From positions 29,834,464 through 29,898,463 of the forward strand of contig NC_043011.1 of NCBI RefSeq assembly GCF_006345805.1: a stretch of 64,000 bases of DNA. Reading direction: 5' to 3'. The translations under genes and the position numbers were made by a program. The notes below the pieces were generated by a model, which worked only from the letters and a program-made list of their open reading frames with translations, was not told the DNA's origin and ran no database searches. This DNA comes from Octopus sinensis. Taxonomy: Eukaryota. Of the stretch, positions 24,373-37,597 are shown one piece after another; within the stretch, counting starts at the first letter, position 1, and each line of letters starts with the position of its first letter.

Positions 24373-25349
24373 GAATGCTGGACAGAAGGCGAATGCCGGA
24401 CATGTGTATATGTATATATGTGTACATATGCATATATGTATGAAAGTGTGTCTATATGTCTGTTTATATATATATATATATAAACCCATATATATGTGTG
24501 TATGTATGTGTGTATACGTGTATGTGTATGTATATATATATGTAAGCATATATGTCCATGTACATGCAAAGGTATAAAAGTCAAGATATAAGTTTATTAG
24601 TATGTGTGTGTGTATATGTGCGTGTATGTGTGTATATTTGCATATATGAGTGTGTGTGTGTAACTGTGTGTATGTATATATACACCATCCCACCTGTGAG
24701 AACTGAATAGGTGACCTCACCACAGGTCAACTTTTGACAAGAACACAATACTGTCCATTCCTAAATTTTCCATTTTCTTAGTCTTGATAGACTTAAATCT
24801 TCCCTACCAAAATTCTGAATTCCTGTTAATCTTATTTTTCATTTTTCCTTTTTCATTTTTCATTTTATTTTTATTTATATATTCATTTTTCTCGATTTCA
24901 TTTACATTTTTCTCTTCTCCTCCTTTCCGCTTCTTTGCCTTCTTTCTTCCTTCCTTTTGTTGTTGTGGTGCTTACTCCTCCTCCTCCTCCTCCTTCTTCA
25001 TCTTCTTCACACATGCTTTAATATTATATATATATATATATATTTTTTTTTATAAATTTAAAAATATTTTTTATATTCTTTTCTCTTTTCTATGTATTTT
25101 TTTTGTCTTGTATGTATACTTATAAGAAAAAGTATTTTTTCCTATTTAAGTAACCAGTAAAACATACATTTTTCAGTTTGAAAACAGTTATGTGAAGTTT
25201 GAAACTCACATCAGAGTAACTCACTGTAAACATTATTATTACGATTAAAATAAAAATTATCCTCCTCAAAAAAGCCTTCTCTACACATTCTTTCAAATAC
25301 ATATAAAACTGTACCAACAACCTTCTCTTTATTATTCTACATATACATA

Positions 25350-25382
<33 letters not shown>

Positions 25383-25668
25383 ATATGAAACGCGGAGTAG
25401 ACGAAACAGGGATAACTGAAGAAGGGGAATATCCCTTGTGTTGTATGTCTTGTATTCTGTTTTTTCATTGTTTGAAAAAAAGTTTGTTCCCATGTTTTTG
25501 TTTTTATGTTTTCGTTTCTCATTGTGTTCAATGTTTTTTTTGATGTCCTGTACCCATATATGCATATATATATACATATAGATGTAGGTATGTACATATA
25601 TGTATATATTTATATATCATTTATGTTATTATATGATCGAATGCCATGCATCCTTTTCCAAGTAAGTT

Positions 25669-25724
<56 letters not shown>

Positions 25725-25754
25725 ATATAATATATATATATATATATAATATAT

Positions 25755-25798
<44 letters not shown>

Positions 25799-25837
25799 CA
25801 CACACCCACACATATATATATTTATACACACACACAC

Positions 25838-25918
<81 letters not shown>

Positions 25919-26379
25919 TTCACATGCACATACATATGTATATATGCTGGTATGCATGCCAATTTTATCTAAGTACTTATGGCAATGTGAGAAATAATCA
26001 TTTAACTTAAATTATTGATGAAGGCTTCATACAGGTTATATAGCAAAGAGCTGTATTAGACCTACAACTTGCCCTCTGTGTGCAGCTGGATGCTGCATCA
26101 GTTGACATTCCAAATTAAAACTCAATCTGGTCTGCTTAATATTTCATAGCTTTCTTGCTAATTGAATATAAAAATGAAAGAAGGAGAAGAACAGCAACAA
26201 TAAAGAAAGAAAAATTTTAAATCAATAAGATCAAACTAGCAATTAGACAGGTGATTGCAGCTAGAAGTCAGAGCCAATGATCTTTGCAGTTAATAAATTA
26301 TAAAATGCAATTATTATTTCTTTTATGTATTTCTTTTATTATATTAATTTTTTATCTTATTTTAATTTTTAATTATTAA

Positions 26380-26729
26380 TAATAAAAATTGATTATGGTG
26401 GTGTTTATGATGATGACGAGGATGAGGATGGTGATGATGATGAGGAGGAGGTGAAAGATGAGGAGAAGGAAGTGGAGTGGATGGTAGTGATGACAATGGC
26501 AAAAATGATGATGAGAATAATGATAATAATAGAGATGATGATGAAGATGATGATGATGATGGTAAAGTTGATGACGATAATGATGATGTTAAAGATGATG
26601 ATGATGACGACGATGATGATGACGATAATGATGATGGTTTACTTTTCCTTTTAATTATTTCCTGACTTTTAATACCCAATGCATGAAAGTTGATTGTGAC
26701 AATAATGACAACAATGATGATGATGGTGG

Positions 26730-26774
<45 letters not shown>

Positions 26775-27425
26775 GGAGGAGGTGAAAGATGAGGAGAAGG
26801 AAGTGGAGTGGATGGTAGTGATGACAATGGCAAAAATGATGATGAGAATAATGATAATAATAGAGATGATGATGAAGATGATGATGATGAGGAGGAGGAT
26901 GGTGATGATAATGATGATGCAGAAGACGATGATGATAATGTTGGTGATAATGGTGATGATGATGAAGATAATGATGATGGTTTACTTTTCCTTTTAATTA
27001 TTTCCTGACTTTTAATACCCAATGCATGAAAGTTGATTGTGACAATAATGACAACAATGATGATGATGGTGATGATGATGATGATGACGACGATAATGAC
27101 GATGATGACGATGACGATTATGATGATGATAAAGCTGATGATGATGACGACGATGATGATGACGATAATGATGATGTTAAAGATGATGATGATGACGAAG
27201 ATGATGAGGAAGTGGAGGAGAATATAGAGGTGCTGATGGTGGTGGTTGTGGTGGTGGTGGTGATGATGATGATGATAATGAGGATGATGATGATGATGAT
27301 GGTAAAGTTGATGACGATAATGATGGTGGTGGTTGTGGTGATGATGATGATGATGATGATGATGATGACGACGATGTTGATGACGATAATGATGGTGGTT
27401 GTGGTGGTGATGATGATGATGGTGC
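26380..27425. repeat. Degenerate (GAT/GGT)n block with 343-bp tandem duplication
   Basis: Unique spacer GGTTTACTTTTCCTTTTAATTATTTCCTGACTTTTAATACCCAATGCATGAAAGTTGATTGTGAC at 26636 and 26979. Confidence 0.9.
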
Positions 27426-27589
27426 TACTCCAAGCTAGTAGTACATACAGCCAGCAGAAACCTCATTTGCCAAGACTAAGTCACACATTTAGTGGAAGGT
27501 GTATAATTGAGTTAAACAGCCCCTACCTACTCAACTAATACTTTTCTTTTTCTCAACTGCTGCAGCATCACCACCACAACAGCTACTGC

Positions 27590-27698
27590 TGCTGCTGATG
27601 ATGATGATGATGGTGGTGATGATGATGATCATGATGGCGTTCCGCATCAGTGTTGATATTGCTATCATTACCTTCACTACTTATATTTTGATGTTATG

Positions 27699-27732
<34 letters not shown>

Positions 27733-27798
27733 CTTCTTCTTCTTTTCTTCTTCTTCTTCTTCTTCTTCTTCTTCTTCTTCTTCTTCTTCTTCTTCTTC
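27590..27798. repeat. (GAT)n, (GTT)n and (CTT)n microsatellites
   Basis: Directly visible. Confidence 0.95.
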
Positions 27799-28573
27799 AA
27801 TCCCCTAGTTATCTCCATTACAAGAAGACCTATGAAGACCTACGATAGGAAGTGTTCCAATACTGACTATCTCTGTCTTTTTCTATGTCAGGAATTAATT
27901 TGTCAAATTATTTAACACAGCAAGGTGTGATTGAGAGAGAAATTGCTGTTATTTCTAACAGGTAAAAATGACCCCAGTAGAGCTCCCCTTGTTGGCTCAT
28001 ATTTTGATCCTTTTATCTCTATACAGAATAATACATGGATTGATTATGAGTCGAGACCATATATGAAAATTCATTTCTTGAATGGTATTAAATAAATTAG
28101 TTATTACTTTTTAATTGCAAGTTAAATTTTCTTATATAAAATATAATACCATTAAGGATTATATAATCATAGCTAGATTAAAAGTCTAGTGCTTATTTGG
28201 TTTCAGCCACTTAATAAAATTAATAATAGTTATTTTATGAACCTCATCAATATACAAAAGTATATAAGAACAGTCATACTACGTCTACAAAATGTCAATA
28301 TCAAGCTGCGGCTTCGAACCCAAAATGGTGTGAAGAGGAAAAATGATTTATTAAGATTCGTAATAGACATATTAGGAGGAAGGTTGATCCAATAATTACA
28401 TGTAAAGCGTGAAAACCTGTTGCTACAAAAAAGGTTGAACCATAAATTCTATCTGAAATAGAAAATGATGCTTCTATATATTCTATTATTTGGAGGATTG
28501 TAAAATAAAATCCTAGGGAGATAGTAATGATTATAGAGTGAGTTGCGGATTTTAAATTGTTAAACCATAGCCT

Positions 28574-28850
28574 TACAACTGAATCAGTTTCTCAATGGAA
28601 TCACTAAGTTACAGCTGGATTGATCTTCACTTAATCAACAGTTTTACTGGTGGATTTATCATCAGTTGAATCATAATGCTGCAGCTAGACTAGTTTACAG
28701 ACACACAAACACTTGATTGATCCTCAATTAAAATACAGTGTTACCTCTGGATTATTCTTCAGCTAAACCCTAGCCCTATAGCTGTATTAGTTCTCAGATA
28801 AACCACAGTAACTCCAGTAGGATAAATCCTCACTTAAACCACAACAATAA
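28574..28850. repeat. Degenerate 35-bp minisatellite, block 1 (~8 units)
   Basis: Unit starts at 28574, 28610, 28645, 28680, ~28707, 28742, 28777, 28813; consensus approx. TACAGCTGGATTAATCCTCAGCTAAACCACAGTAC. Confidence 0.7.
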
Positions 28851-28917
28851 ATTTGATCTGTTCCACAGTTGATCTTTGGCTTTCAGATCTCTTTGTCAAA
28901 TGTATTGCCTATTTATT

Positions 28918-29304
28918 CTTTTATTCGTTTCCGTCATTTGACTGCGGCCATGCTGGAGCACCACCTTTTCTCAAGCAAGTCTTATTCTTTGTAAGCCTAG
29001 TACTTATTTTATCAGTCTCTCTTGCCAAACTGCTAAGTGATGGGGACGTAAACACACCAGCATCGGTTGTCAAGTGATGTTGGGTGCACAAACACGGACA
29101 CACAAACATAAACACACACACACACATACATATATACATATATATATATATGACGGGCTTCTTTCAGTTTCCTTCAACCAAATCCACTCACAAAGCTTTG
29201 GTCGGCCCGAGGCTATAGTAGAAGACACTTGCCCAAGGTGCTACGCAGTGGGACTGAACCCGGAACCATGTGGTTGGTAAGCAAGCTACTTACCACACAG
29301 CCAC
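28918..29304 (-). mobile_element. SINE family A
   Basis: Full head and tail in reverse, internal (CA)/(TA)n. Confidence 0.85.
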
Positions 29305-29354
29305 ATTAACCATGCAATATCTTGTAGCTTTGAGATTTCAATGGTGTCCTTTAT

Positions 29355-29700
29355 CTTTCACTTATTTCAGTCATTTGACTGTGGCCATGCTGGGGCACCA
29401 CCTTGTAAGGTTTTAGTTGAACAAATCAACCCCAGTACTTATCTTTTTTAAGTCTGGTACTCATTCCAGTCTCTTTGCTGAACCACTGAATTACAGGGAT
29501 GTAAACACACCAACACTGGTTGTCAAGTGGTGATGGGGGACAAACACAGACACAAAGATGCACTCACATAGATACATACATATACATATATACAACAGGC
29601 TTCTTTCAGTTTCTGTCTACCAAATCCACTCACAAGATTTTGGCCGGCCCAAGGCTATAGCAGAAACATTTGCCAAAGGTGCCACACAGTAGAACTGAAC
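29355..29700 (-). mobile_element. SINE family A, diverged, 5'-truncated
   Basis: Family A modules in reverse. Confidence 0.7.
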
Positions 29701-29702
29701 CC

Positions 29703-30058
29703 AGAGGGGACAAGTAAGGACAGACATTGGTATTAAGTCGATTACATCGACCCCAGTGTGTAACTGGTACTTAATTTATCTATCCCGAAAGGATGAAAGG
29801 CAAAGTCGGCCTCGGCGGAATTTGAACTCAGAACAAAATACCTATTTCTTTACTACCCACAAGGGGCTAAACACAGAGAGGACAAATGGATTAAGGGGAT
29901 TATATCGACCCCAGTGCGTAACTGGTACTTAATTTATCGACCTCGAAAGGATGAAAGGCAAAGTCGATCTCGGCGGAATTTGAACTCAGAACGTAACGGC
30001 AAACGAAATACGGCTACACATTTTGCCCGGCGTGCTAACGTTTCTGCCAGCTCGCATC
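29703..30058 (-). mobile_element. SINE family B head-to-tail dimer
   Basis: Two consecutive cores (29740-29835 and 29900-30000) with a single head near 30020-30058. Confidence 0.8.
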
Positions 30059-30224
30059 TTACCACACAGCCACGCCTGTGCCTGTGTGTGTTTGTATATT
30101 TTTAGAATAATATTGCAGGGTAGGTGTGAGAGGTTGAACCAGGTCTATTTCAACATAAAACAGGTAGAATACTTGGGCTGGATACAGCCAGATTAAATGC
30201 TAAATGGTTAAGGCACAGCTTAAC

Positions 30225-30420
30225 TACAGATTGATCTGATGTTCAACTAAATCACATGAAGGCTGAATTAGCTCTCAGATGGATCCTAATTCTACAGTTG
30301 GGTTGATTCTCAGCGAAACAATAACACTACAGCTGGATTAGTAATCAACGAAATTACAGAACTAAAGCAAAATTGATCCCCAGCAAAACCACAGTGCTAC
30401 AGTTGGATTATCCCTTAATT
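30225..30420. repeat. Degenerate 35-bp minisatellite, block 2 (~6 units)
   Basis: Unit starts at 30293, 30328, 30363, 30398 (35-bp period), same consensus as block 1. Confidence 0.7.
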
Positions 30421-30663
30421 CAGAAATTTTTTACCCATGGACTCCTTTACTTCCTATTTTAAACTGCCGGGCCCTAATAAACATTCAATGTTTAAAATAA
30501 TCCCATTAAATTTTTATAATTAAGTATTAGGAATTGCATTAAAAAAATTGTTAAAATATTTTATGTATTGTTGAAGTATAACCAATTTATTTCACAAAAA
30601 ATTTAACAGCAAAATCTTATATGGACCCCCAAAGGTCACGTAGACCCTGGTTGAGAACCACTA
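30421..30663. mobile_element. hAT-like MITE, degenerate
   Basis: Right end GGTTGAGAACCACTA is the reverse complement of the (C/T)AGTGGTTCTCAACC hAT/Charlie-type TIR; left end poorly preserved. Confidence 0.45.
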
Positions 30664-31071
30664 CCCTAATTATACCACATGTCTACACATGACTCACTAA
30701 TGAAAAGGTAAATAAAGTTATACCATAATATACCATAATGCACTATCCATTATTTGTACACCATTGCCAACTACTTAGCTCATTATGCTGTTTACACTCC
30801 TAAATGCTTGTACTGGTTTACTTTTCATTTAAATTATTTTCTGACTTTTAGTACCCAATGCATGAAACTTAATATAAACTTGACTAAGGTTTTTCATTCA
30901 TATGTCATCTCACAATTATATATCACAGATTAAATGTACTGCTTACTCTTCTTATAAACAGTATATACCGTTTATTCTAGTTAACAGGACATTGTGTATT
31001 TTAGATATTTCGTCAGAGTATCCCATGTTTTTACCCATGGAATAATAGAATATATATATATATATATATAT

Positions 31072-31468
31072 TCTTTTGCCTGTTTCAGTAATTTGATTGT
31101 GGCCAAGGTAGAGCACTGCTTTTAGTCGAACAAACTGACCCCAGGAATTATTCTTAGTAAGTACTTTGTAAGTACTTATTCTATCAGTCTCTTTTGATGA
31201 ACTGCTAAGTTACATGGACATAAACACACCAACATTAGTTATCACACGATGGTGGGGGACAAACACAGACATACAAATACATATATATATATATATATAT
31301 ATATACAACGGGCTTCTCTTTCAGTTTCCGTTAGCCAAATCCACTCACAAGACTTTGGTCGGCCTGAGGCTATAGTAGAAGACACTTGCCCAAAGTGCCA
31401 CGCAATGGGACTGAACCTGGAACCATGTGGTTGGGAAGCAAGCTTCTTAGCACACAGCCACTCCTGAG
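31072..31468 (-). mobile_element. SINE family A
   Basis: Family A modules in reverse, followed by (TA)n 31472-31586. Confidence 0.8.
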
Positions 31469-31477
31469 CCTATATAT

Positions 31478-31578
<101 letters not shown>

Positions 31579-32199
31579 ATATATATGGTAAAGATGGAAG
31601 ATGGCAGATACAAGAATTTTTCTTAATCACTACAATTGTTTTGACACATCTAGCATCGATCCTTCATGATACTTAACAACTGGTTTGGGAGCATCTGATG
31701 ATGCAGATGTGTCTCTTTGGGTGATAAATATATATAACTTGTTAAAATAACAATTCTGCAGCATATCTTCTCATTTGCTGCTCTTAAGCAGCAAATTAAA
31801 GGATATATCTTCATTTATACAAAAGAGATCAATAATAAAATAACAGATGCAGAAAAGAAACAAACATGCAATACAGTGAGAAAAGTATTAAAAATAACTG
31901 TTAATGGATATGGATATATAAATGCCATCACGCAAGTTGCATGGTACATGTACACTTGCTCATACAAGCATCCACAAAGATGTAAGCATATGCACACATG
32001 TGGTTTGGTGCATGTAGTCTGCATAATTAAATAGCTACTTGGTGTTTATAAGAAGGGGGAGGTTAAAGATAAACTTAATTCATCCATACCTTAAAGTAAA
32101 TTGTGTTAAGTTATTCAAATTTATTCCCACTGTATTGTGCAAAAGTACATTTATATATAAGTACATTTATATATATAATTACATTTATATATATAAGAC

Positions 32200-32450
32200 T
32201 CTCAAGAGTCTTTCAGAAATTCTGTTAATGCTTTGTTAATTGGTCCACAGAATAGACAGGGATTCCTCAAAGCAGAGTCAGCACCTCCTGGAAATGATAT
32301 CTTATGGTTTTGCATGCCTTACTATGGACCAAGTTATGTTATAATTAATTTATCTTCCTTCAGTGGCGACACAGAATCAGCCAAAGATGTTGAATGTCTC
32401 TTATTGATTGTCTTGAAGCTGGTGACATAGTTCTGATAATGATACTTAAA
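32200..32450 (-). pseudogene. Penelope-like GIY-YIG endonuclease remnant (third copy, old)
   Basis: Minus strand: YVTSFKTINKRHSTSLA..LKEDK, frameshift, NYNITWSIVRHAKP*DIISRRC*LCFEESLSIL; aligns by eye to HTLSFRHWNKRKATQLS..YNIQWKILARCKPY..RCGLCDMERWLI of ORF 10705. Confidence 0.7.
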
Positions 32451-33276
32451 TATATGAGTGAGTGGACAAATTTAAAGTACCAAGGAAATTGAATCGAACT
32501 GTTTTGATCCTTGCATTGTTGTCTTTTCTTGTCTTTTTTCTCCATTTAAAAAAAAATTTATTAAACACACACACACAAATTCTCCATTAACATGTGTGTT
32601 TGAAAAGCTGTAAACAGTGAAAGTGCTTAACACAATATGAAACTTACTTTCAAAATGTTTGTGTTATTCCAAGTCTTTTTTTTTTTATTTTCTATGTAAA
32701 AGATAACACTTAATTCAAGAAAAATCTTCCTTTCTAACAGATACAGATGAGTGCGTGCGTGCGAGTGTGTATGTACAATGTATGTGTTCTAGTTAATGAT
32801 GATCTTAGATAATCCATTGATCAAGTGTGGAAGTGTTGAGGTGGTGTCTATCTCTGCTCACAACCGTTCTAAGCAACAGTACGGTGACTATTACCAAGTC
32901 ATAATCACTCATCAGTGACTGCTATGTGGCAGTAGGGAAGATTTGGCTATATTTTTTAGCAGATGGAGTATTCACATAGAGACTTCTTCATCGGATTGAT
33001 AGTTTCACACAAGCGACATATGTAACACATTAAGAGAAACATTTTTCAAGACATAACCTTTAACCATTTACGTCTGTTGAATAATATTTTGTATCGATTT
33101 AGCTACAAGCAGCCATCATTTGTAATTCACTGTGATTTGTCTATAATTATTTTATATTCAATAATTCAGTTTATAGACAGTTATTGTCATCTTTGCGATT
33201 TCTTTTATAACAACAGTTTTATTAGATGGGAGGATAGATAGATTGAGAGATAGATAGATAGATAGATAGGGAGAAT

Positions 33277-33310
<34 letters not shown>

Positions 33311-33754
33311 GAGAGATAGACAGAGAGAGAGAGAGAGAATGAGAGCTGGATAAATGAGTATGTGTGTGTGGTATGTGTATATATACACACACATTTGTGT
33401 ATGCATGTATATGTTTGTATATACATATATACATACATTTATGTATGTATGTATATGTGTATATATATATGTCAATATACACACACACACATACATATGC
33501 ATATACTGACTGCTGAAATATAGGCATATATATATATATATATAATATATATATATACATACATACACATATATATAAATAAATAGATAAATATATATAT
33601 ATATATATAATATATATATATATTTATTTATCTATTTATTTACATATATGTGTATGGATGTATATATACATATACATATATATATATTATAATACAAACA
33701 CATATATAGATAAATAAATAAATATAATATATATATATATATATATAATATATG

Positions 33755-34624
33755 TACAGGACAGGATAGCTATTGTCTGAATTTAGCAAACATGAAAATA
33801 GCAGTGACATCTCATTTTAACAGATATATTTACCAAAATTACATAAAAATACCTTGAAATACTAAGAGTAAATTTGTTCAATAAAATCGTCATTGGGTTC
33901 AACCATGGCCTCTAGATAACGTCTGAATGTTCTGCAACTCTTCTGGATGATCTCCTTGTTTGAATTGGTGAATGCTGCCATAATCCTTACCTTCAGTTCA
34001 TCTTTGGCATCACAATGAGTTTTTATGATCTCTCACTCAACTGCACCCCACACATAATAAGCAAGAGGGTTGCAGTCTGGCGAGTTAGGTGACCAGATGT
34101 TAGGGATGATGTGGTCACATAAATTGTCTGACAGCCATGACTGGGTTCCCCTACTTGTGTGTCATGGTACAGAGTCCTGTTGCCAGACATAGGGTGGCCC
34201 TCTTGACCCAGGGCAGCACTACTTCCACCAAGTTCTTGATGTAGGCCTCCGTGTTGAGTCTGTGGCCATGTGGGAAAGATGAATGGAGGCATAACTTTGC
34301 CATCACTAGTGATCACTCCAAACACCATGATGTTGACCGGATGTTTGATTTTTGTCACTCTCAGTACATGTCCTCAGATTGCACTATCCTCATATTCACA
34401 CCCAAACACTCTGAAATGTTTGGAGCTTCCAGTGCGAACACCAATCACTACAGCACATTGTTTCCAAATTTTACAAAGTGAATTGCATCATGGTACTGTT
34501 TTTGTCTCAGAAGGTGCCCACTGACCCTATTATACTGTGTAGTCAACAAAATCAAAAACACACAATGCACATGTGTGTGAAATCAAAATGTAAAATGGCG
34601 ACAATTTGCCCATCATACTCTGTA
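33755..34624 (-). mobile_element. Tc1/mariner-superfamily deletion derivative
   Basis: Minus-strand peptides IMVFGVITSDGKVMPPFIF and WSPNSPDCNPLAYYVWGAVE...KDELKVRIMAAF. Degenerate TIRs TACAGG... and ...CTCTGTA with TA flanks. Confidence 0.78.
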
Positions 34625-34661
34625 TACATATATATATATATATATATATGTGGGGGGGGGG

Positions 34662-34955
34662 TTCAATGGCCCAGTGATAAGGGCAGTGACTTGCAGTCGT
34701 AGGATCACGCTTTCGATTCCCAGACCAGGCGTTGTGTGTGTTTATTGAGCCAAAACACCTAAAGCTACACGAGGCTCCGACCGGGGATGGTGGTGATCCC
34801 TGCTGTACTCTTTCACGACAAATTTCTCTCACTCTTTTTTCTGTTGGCCTGCTCATTTAGCCAGCGGTGTTACGTCCTTTCAAGGCTAAAACAATGCAAA
34901 GCGCATTGTGACCAGCGATGTGTAGCAACATCTGATATTCTGGTTGATCACAGTG
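34662..34955 (+). mobile_element. SINE family F (G-type head, different body)
   Basis: Head as in 23297-23679; body GGCTAAAACAATGC.AA.GCATTGTGACCAG.GATGTGTA.C.ACATCTGAT shared with 48197-48467 (minus). Confidence 0.7.
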
Positions 34956-34959
34956 ATAC

Positions 34960-34997
<38 letters not shown>

Positions 34998-35123
34998 TGA
35001 CAACTGATGAATGGTCGTTCTTTACATTACTTGTCCTGTTCTCCATTTTGTTTCCATCATTGTTTACGTATCCACTCATTTGTTTTTGTATTTCATGTTG
35101 TTTACTGTCTGTGATGTCCTGCT

Positions 35124-35245
<122 letters not shown>

Positions 35246-35250
35246 GTATA

Positions 35251-35327
<77 letters not shown>

Positions 35328-35391
35328 TGTATATATATGTATATATATGTATATATATATATATTATATATATAGTATATATATATATATA

Positions 35392-35630
35392 TGCCTCGCC
35401 TGTCCTCCGTGCCGTTTCCCAGCTCCATCTGGCACCTGTGCGGGTGGCACGTAAAAAGCACCCACTACACTCACGGAGTGGTTGGCGTTAGGAAGGGCAT
35501 CCAGCCATAGAAACACTGCCAGATCAGACTGGGCCTGATGCAACCTTCTGGCTTCACAGACCGAAGTTGAACCGTCTAACCCATGCTAGCATGGAAAGCG
35601 GACGCTAAATGATGATGATGATGATGATGA
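35392..35630 (+). mobile_element. RTE-type 3' tail element (family D)
   Basis: GGCACGTAAAAAGCACCCACTACACTCACGGAGTGGTTGGCGTTAGGAAGGGCATCCAGC...GGACGCTAAATGATGATG. Confidence 0.75.
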
Positions 35631-36133
35631 TACACACACACACATTATTTATATTATTATATTTTCAAGTAAGCATATATAGACATGGTTTTATGGTTAA
35701 AAAGTTTTGTTCAGCACCTTGAACAACTTCTACTATAGCCCAGGATTTAAAAGGGGGGAAAATGAGAGAAGCCCATCATGTGTGTATGCGTGTTTGCATT
35801 TACTTGCCTTGACACAGTATTATAATAGTAAAATGAGTCATAGTCATGTAAGAGATTGTAGTCATTTCAGATGGAGAAACATGGAGAAATATGAGTTTAC
35901 TTGGGAACAAGAGAGGGTTGGGGACAGGAAGAGCAACTGCCTGAATGAATTCCACTTGATCCACACAACCATAGAAAAATGGACAGTAAAACAAAATAAC
36001 AATGACACATATATACACACACAAATATATGCTTATTATATACACACATAGATATGCATACATATATATATATATACATATATATACATACACACATATA
36101 TATATATACATGTTTGTGTACACACACGCACAC

Positions 36134-36176
<43 letters not shown>

Positions 36177-36432
36177 TGTGTACACACACGCACACATGTA
36201 TGTATATATATATATATATATATATAACTCTGTCCAACATAAACATAATGTCGCAAAAAATTTGAAAAGCTAAACGCGAAACGGGTCTTTCTTCTAAACT
36301 ATGTCATTATAAGAAAAAAAAAATTTTTTTAATATTCTTCAGACGTATTGATGCAAATATATATTTTTTAACATTTAAGTCTTCTGTAGTTTTTTCACTT
36401 TTTACTATTTTATATATATATATATATATATA

Positions 36433-36492
<60 letters not shown>

Positions 36493-36499
36493 TAATATA

Positions 36500-36555
<56 letters not shown>

Positions 36556-36560
36556 ATATA

Positions 36561-37108
36561 TTCATATATAGAGGGCATTATACATACATGCCAGGAGGCA
36601 TACTTATTAAGTAGTTGTCCTTAATTGCTAAATTTTTTATTCCGAAAAAACTTTTCCTCTCCCGAAATGCAATTCGTAAAAGTTTGCCATTTACCCGGAT
36701 GTAATATATATAAACTCACCCATGTGCTTCGTTGATGTTGATCAGTTAGCTGATCGGCTTAAGCGAGGCAGGGTCGTTGTTTATTTATAATACATTCAGG
36801 CCTGCTGATGATTACGTAAGTATGAAATCACTGTGATACAGGTCTATATTTTTAAATGTCTTACTTTGAAAAATTGCATTCGGTGGGATTAGTAATATTT
36901 TTGGTAGAAATGACTGATTGTCCCTCTTAGCGTTTGGCATGTATGTAGAATGCCTCCTGGCATGTATGTATAATGCCCTCTATATATGAATTATATGTTC
37001 AATAAGAAATAATTATTTTCGAAATTTTTTCTCTTATGAGGTTTTTACGCTATCTACCTGACAATTCTTGTTAAGTTTTCCTTATTAAGTAGTTGTCCTT
37101 AATTGCTA
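36561..37108 (+). mobile_element. Non-coding hammerhead-bearing unit (retrozyme-like or PLE pLTR) with 5' inverted segment
   Basis: Perfect 41-bp inverted repeat 36561-36601 / 36950-36990. 28-bp direct repeat 36603-36630 / 37081-37108 (period 478). TATA-like run near 36705; hammerhead 36799-36844; (TA)n on both sides. Confidence 0.7.
36799..36844 (+). ncRNA. Type I hammerhead ribozyme, canonical core
   Basis: ggcctg-CTGATGA-t tac(gtaa)gta t-GAAA-tca(ctg)tga-TA-caggtc: 6-bp stem I with one G.U, GNRA-capped stem II, 3-bp stem III, AUA triplet. Confidence 0.8.
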
Positions 37109-37119
37109 TATATAATATA

Positions 37120-37183
<64 letters not shown>

Positions 37184-37199
37184 ATATAATGCATATATA

Positions 37200-37400
37200 T
37201 ACTTTTCTACTCTAGGTCCGAAATTTTGGGAGAGGGTGCCAGTCAATTAGAACACTCCCAGTACACAACTGCTACTTAATTTATCAACCCTGAAAGATGG
37301 CAGGCAAAGCTGACTGCGGCAAAATTTGTACTTAGAATGTAAAGACAGACGAAATACTGCTAAGAATTTTGCCTGGCATGCTAACGTTTCTGGTACCACC
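37200..37400 (-). mobile_element. SINE family B, diverged
   Basis: B core and head in reverse. Confidence 0.6.
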
Positions 37401-37422
37401 TTTATGTATATAGATATATATC

Positions 37423-37597
37423 ATCATCATCATCATTGTTTAATGTCCACTTTCCATGCTGGCATGGGTTGAACAGTTTGACTGAGGGCTGGCAATCCAG
37501 ACAGCTGCACCAGGGTCCAACTGACCTGGCAAGGTTTCTACAGGTGGATGTCCTTCCACCACTCCGAGAGTGCAGTGAGTACATTTTACATACCACT

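Larger units (their letters stand above)
29306..30211 (-). mobile_element. piggyBac-like MITE split by nested SINEs (pieces 29306-29347 and 30097-30211)
   Basis: The two pieces are consecutive parts of the element seen intact at 39811-40035. Terminus reads TTAACC.TTTAGCATTTAA on the minus strand. Confidence 0.55.

Noticed and set aside
25385-25440. GAAAC...CTGAAGA with an adjacent hairpin as a permuted hammerhead
   Set aside because: No stem I can be formed and no GAAA follows the stem.
28574-30420. CRISPR-like array or coding repeat
   Set aside because: Units are contiguous with no unique spacers, the context is eukaryotic, and the 35-bp period breaks frame.
32278-32280. In-frame TGA in the PLE remnant as selenocysteine (some Naiad PLEs are reported to encode selenoproteins)
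   Set aside because: The TGA falls at the variable x of C-x-L-C (D or G in the other copies), not at a Cys. The remnant has other lesions and I see no SECIS.
32800-32930. Open stretch DNPLIKCGSVEVVSISAHNRSKQQY and a minus-strand CTGATGA with a stem
   Set aside because: Poor acceptor and unknown peptide; the stem is not followed by GAAA, so it is not a hammerhead.
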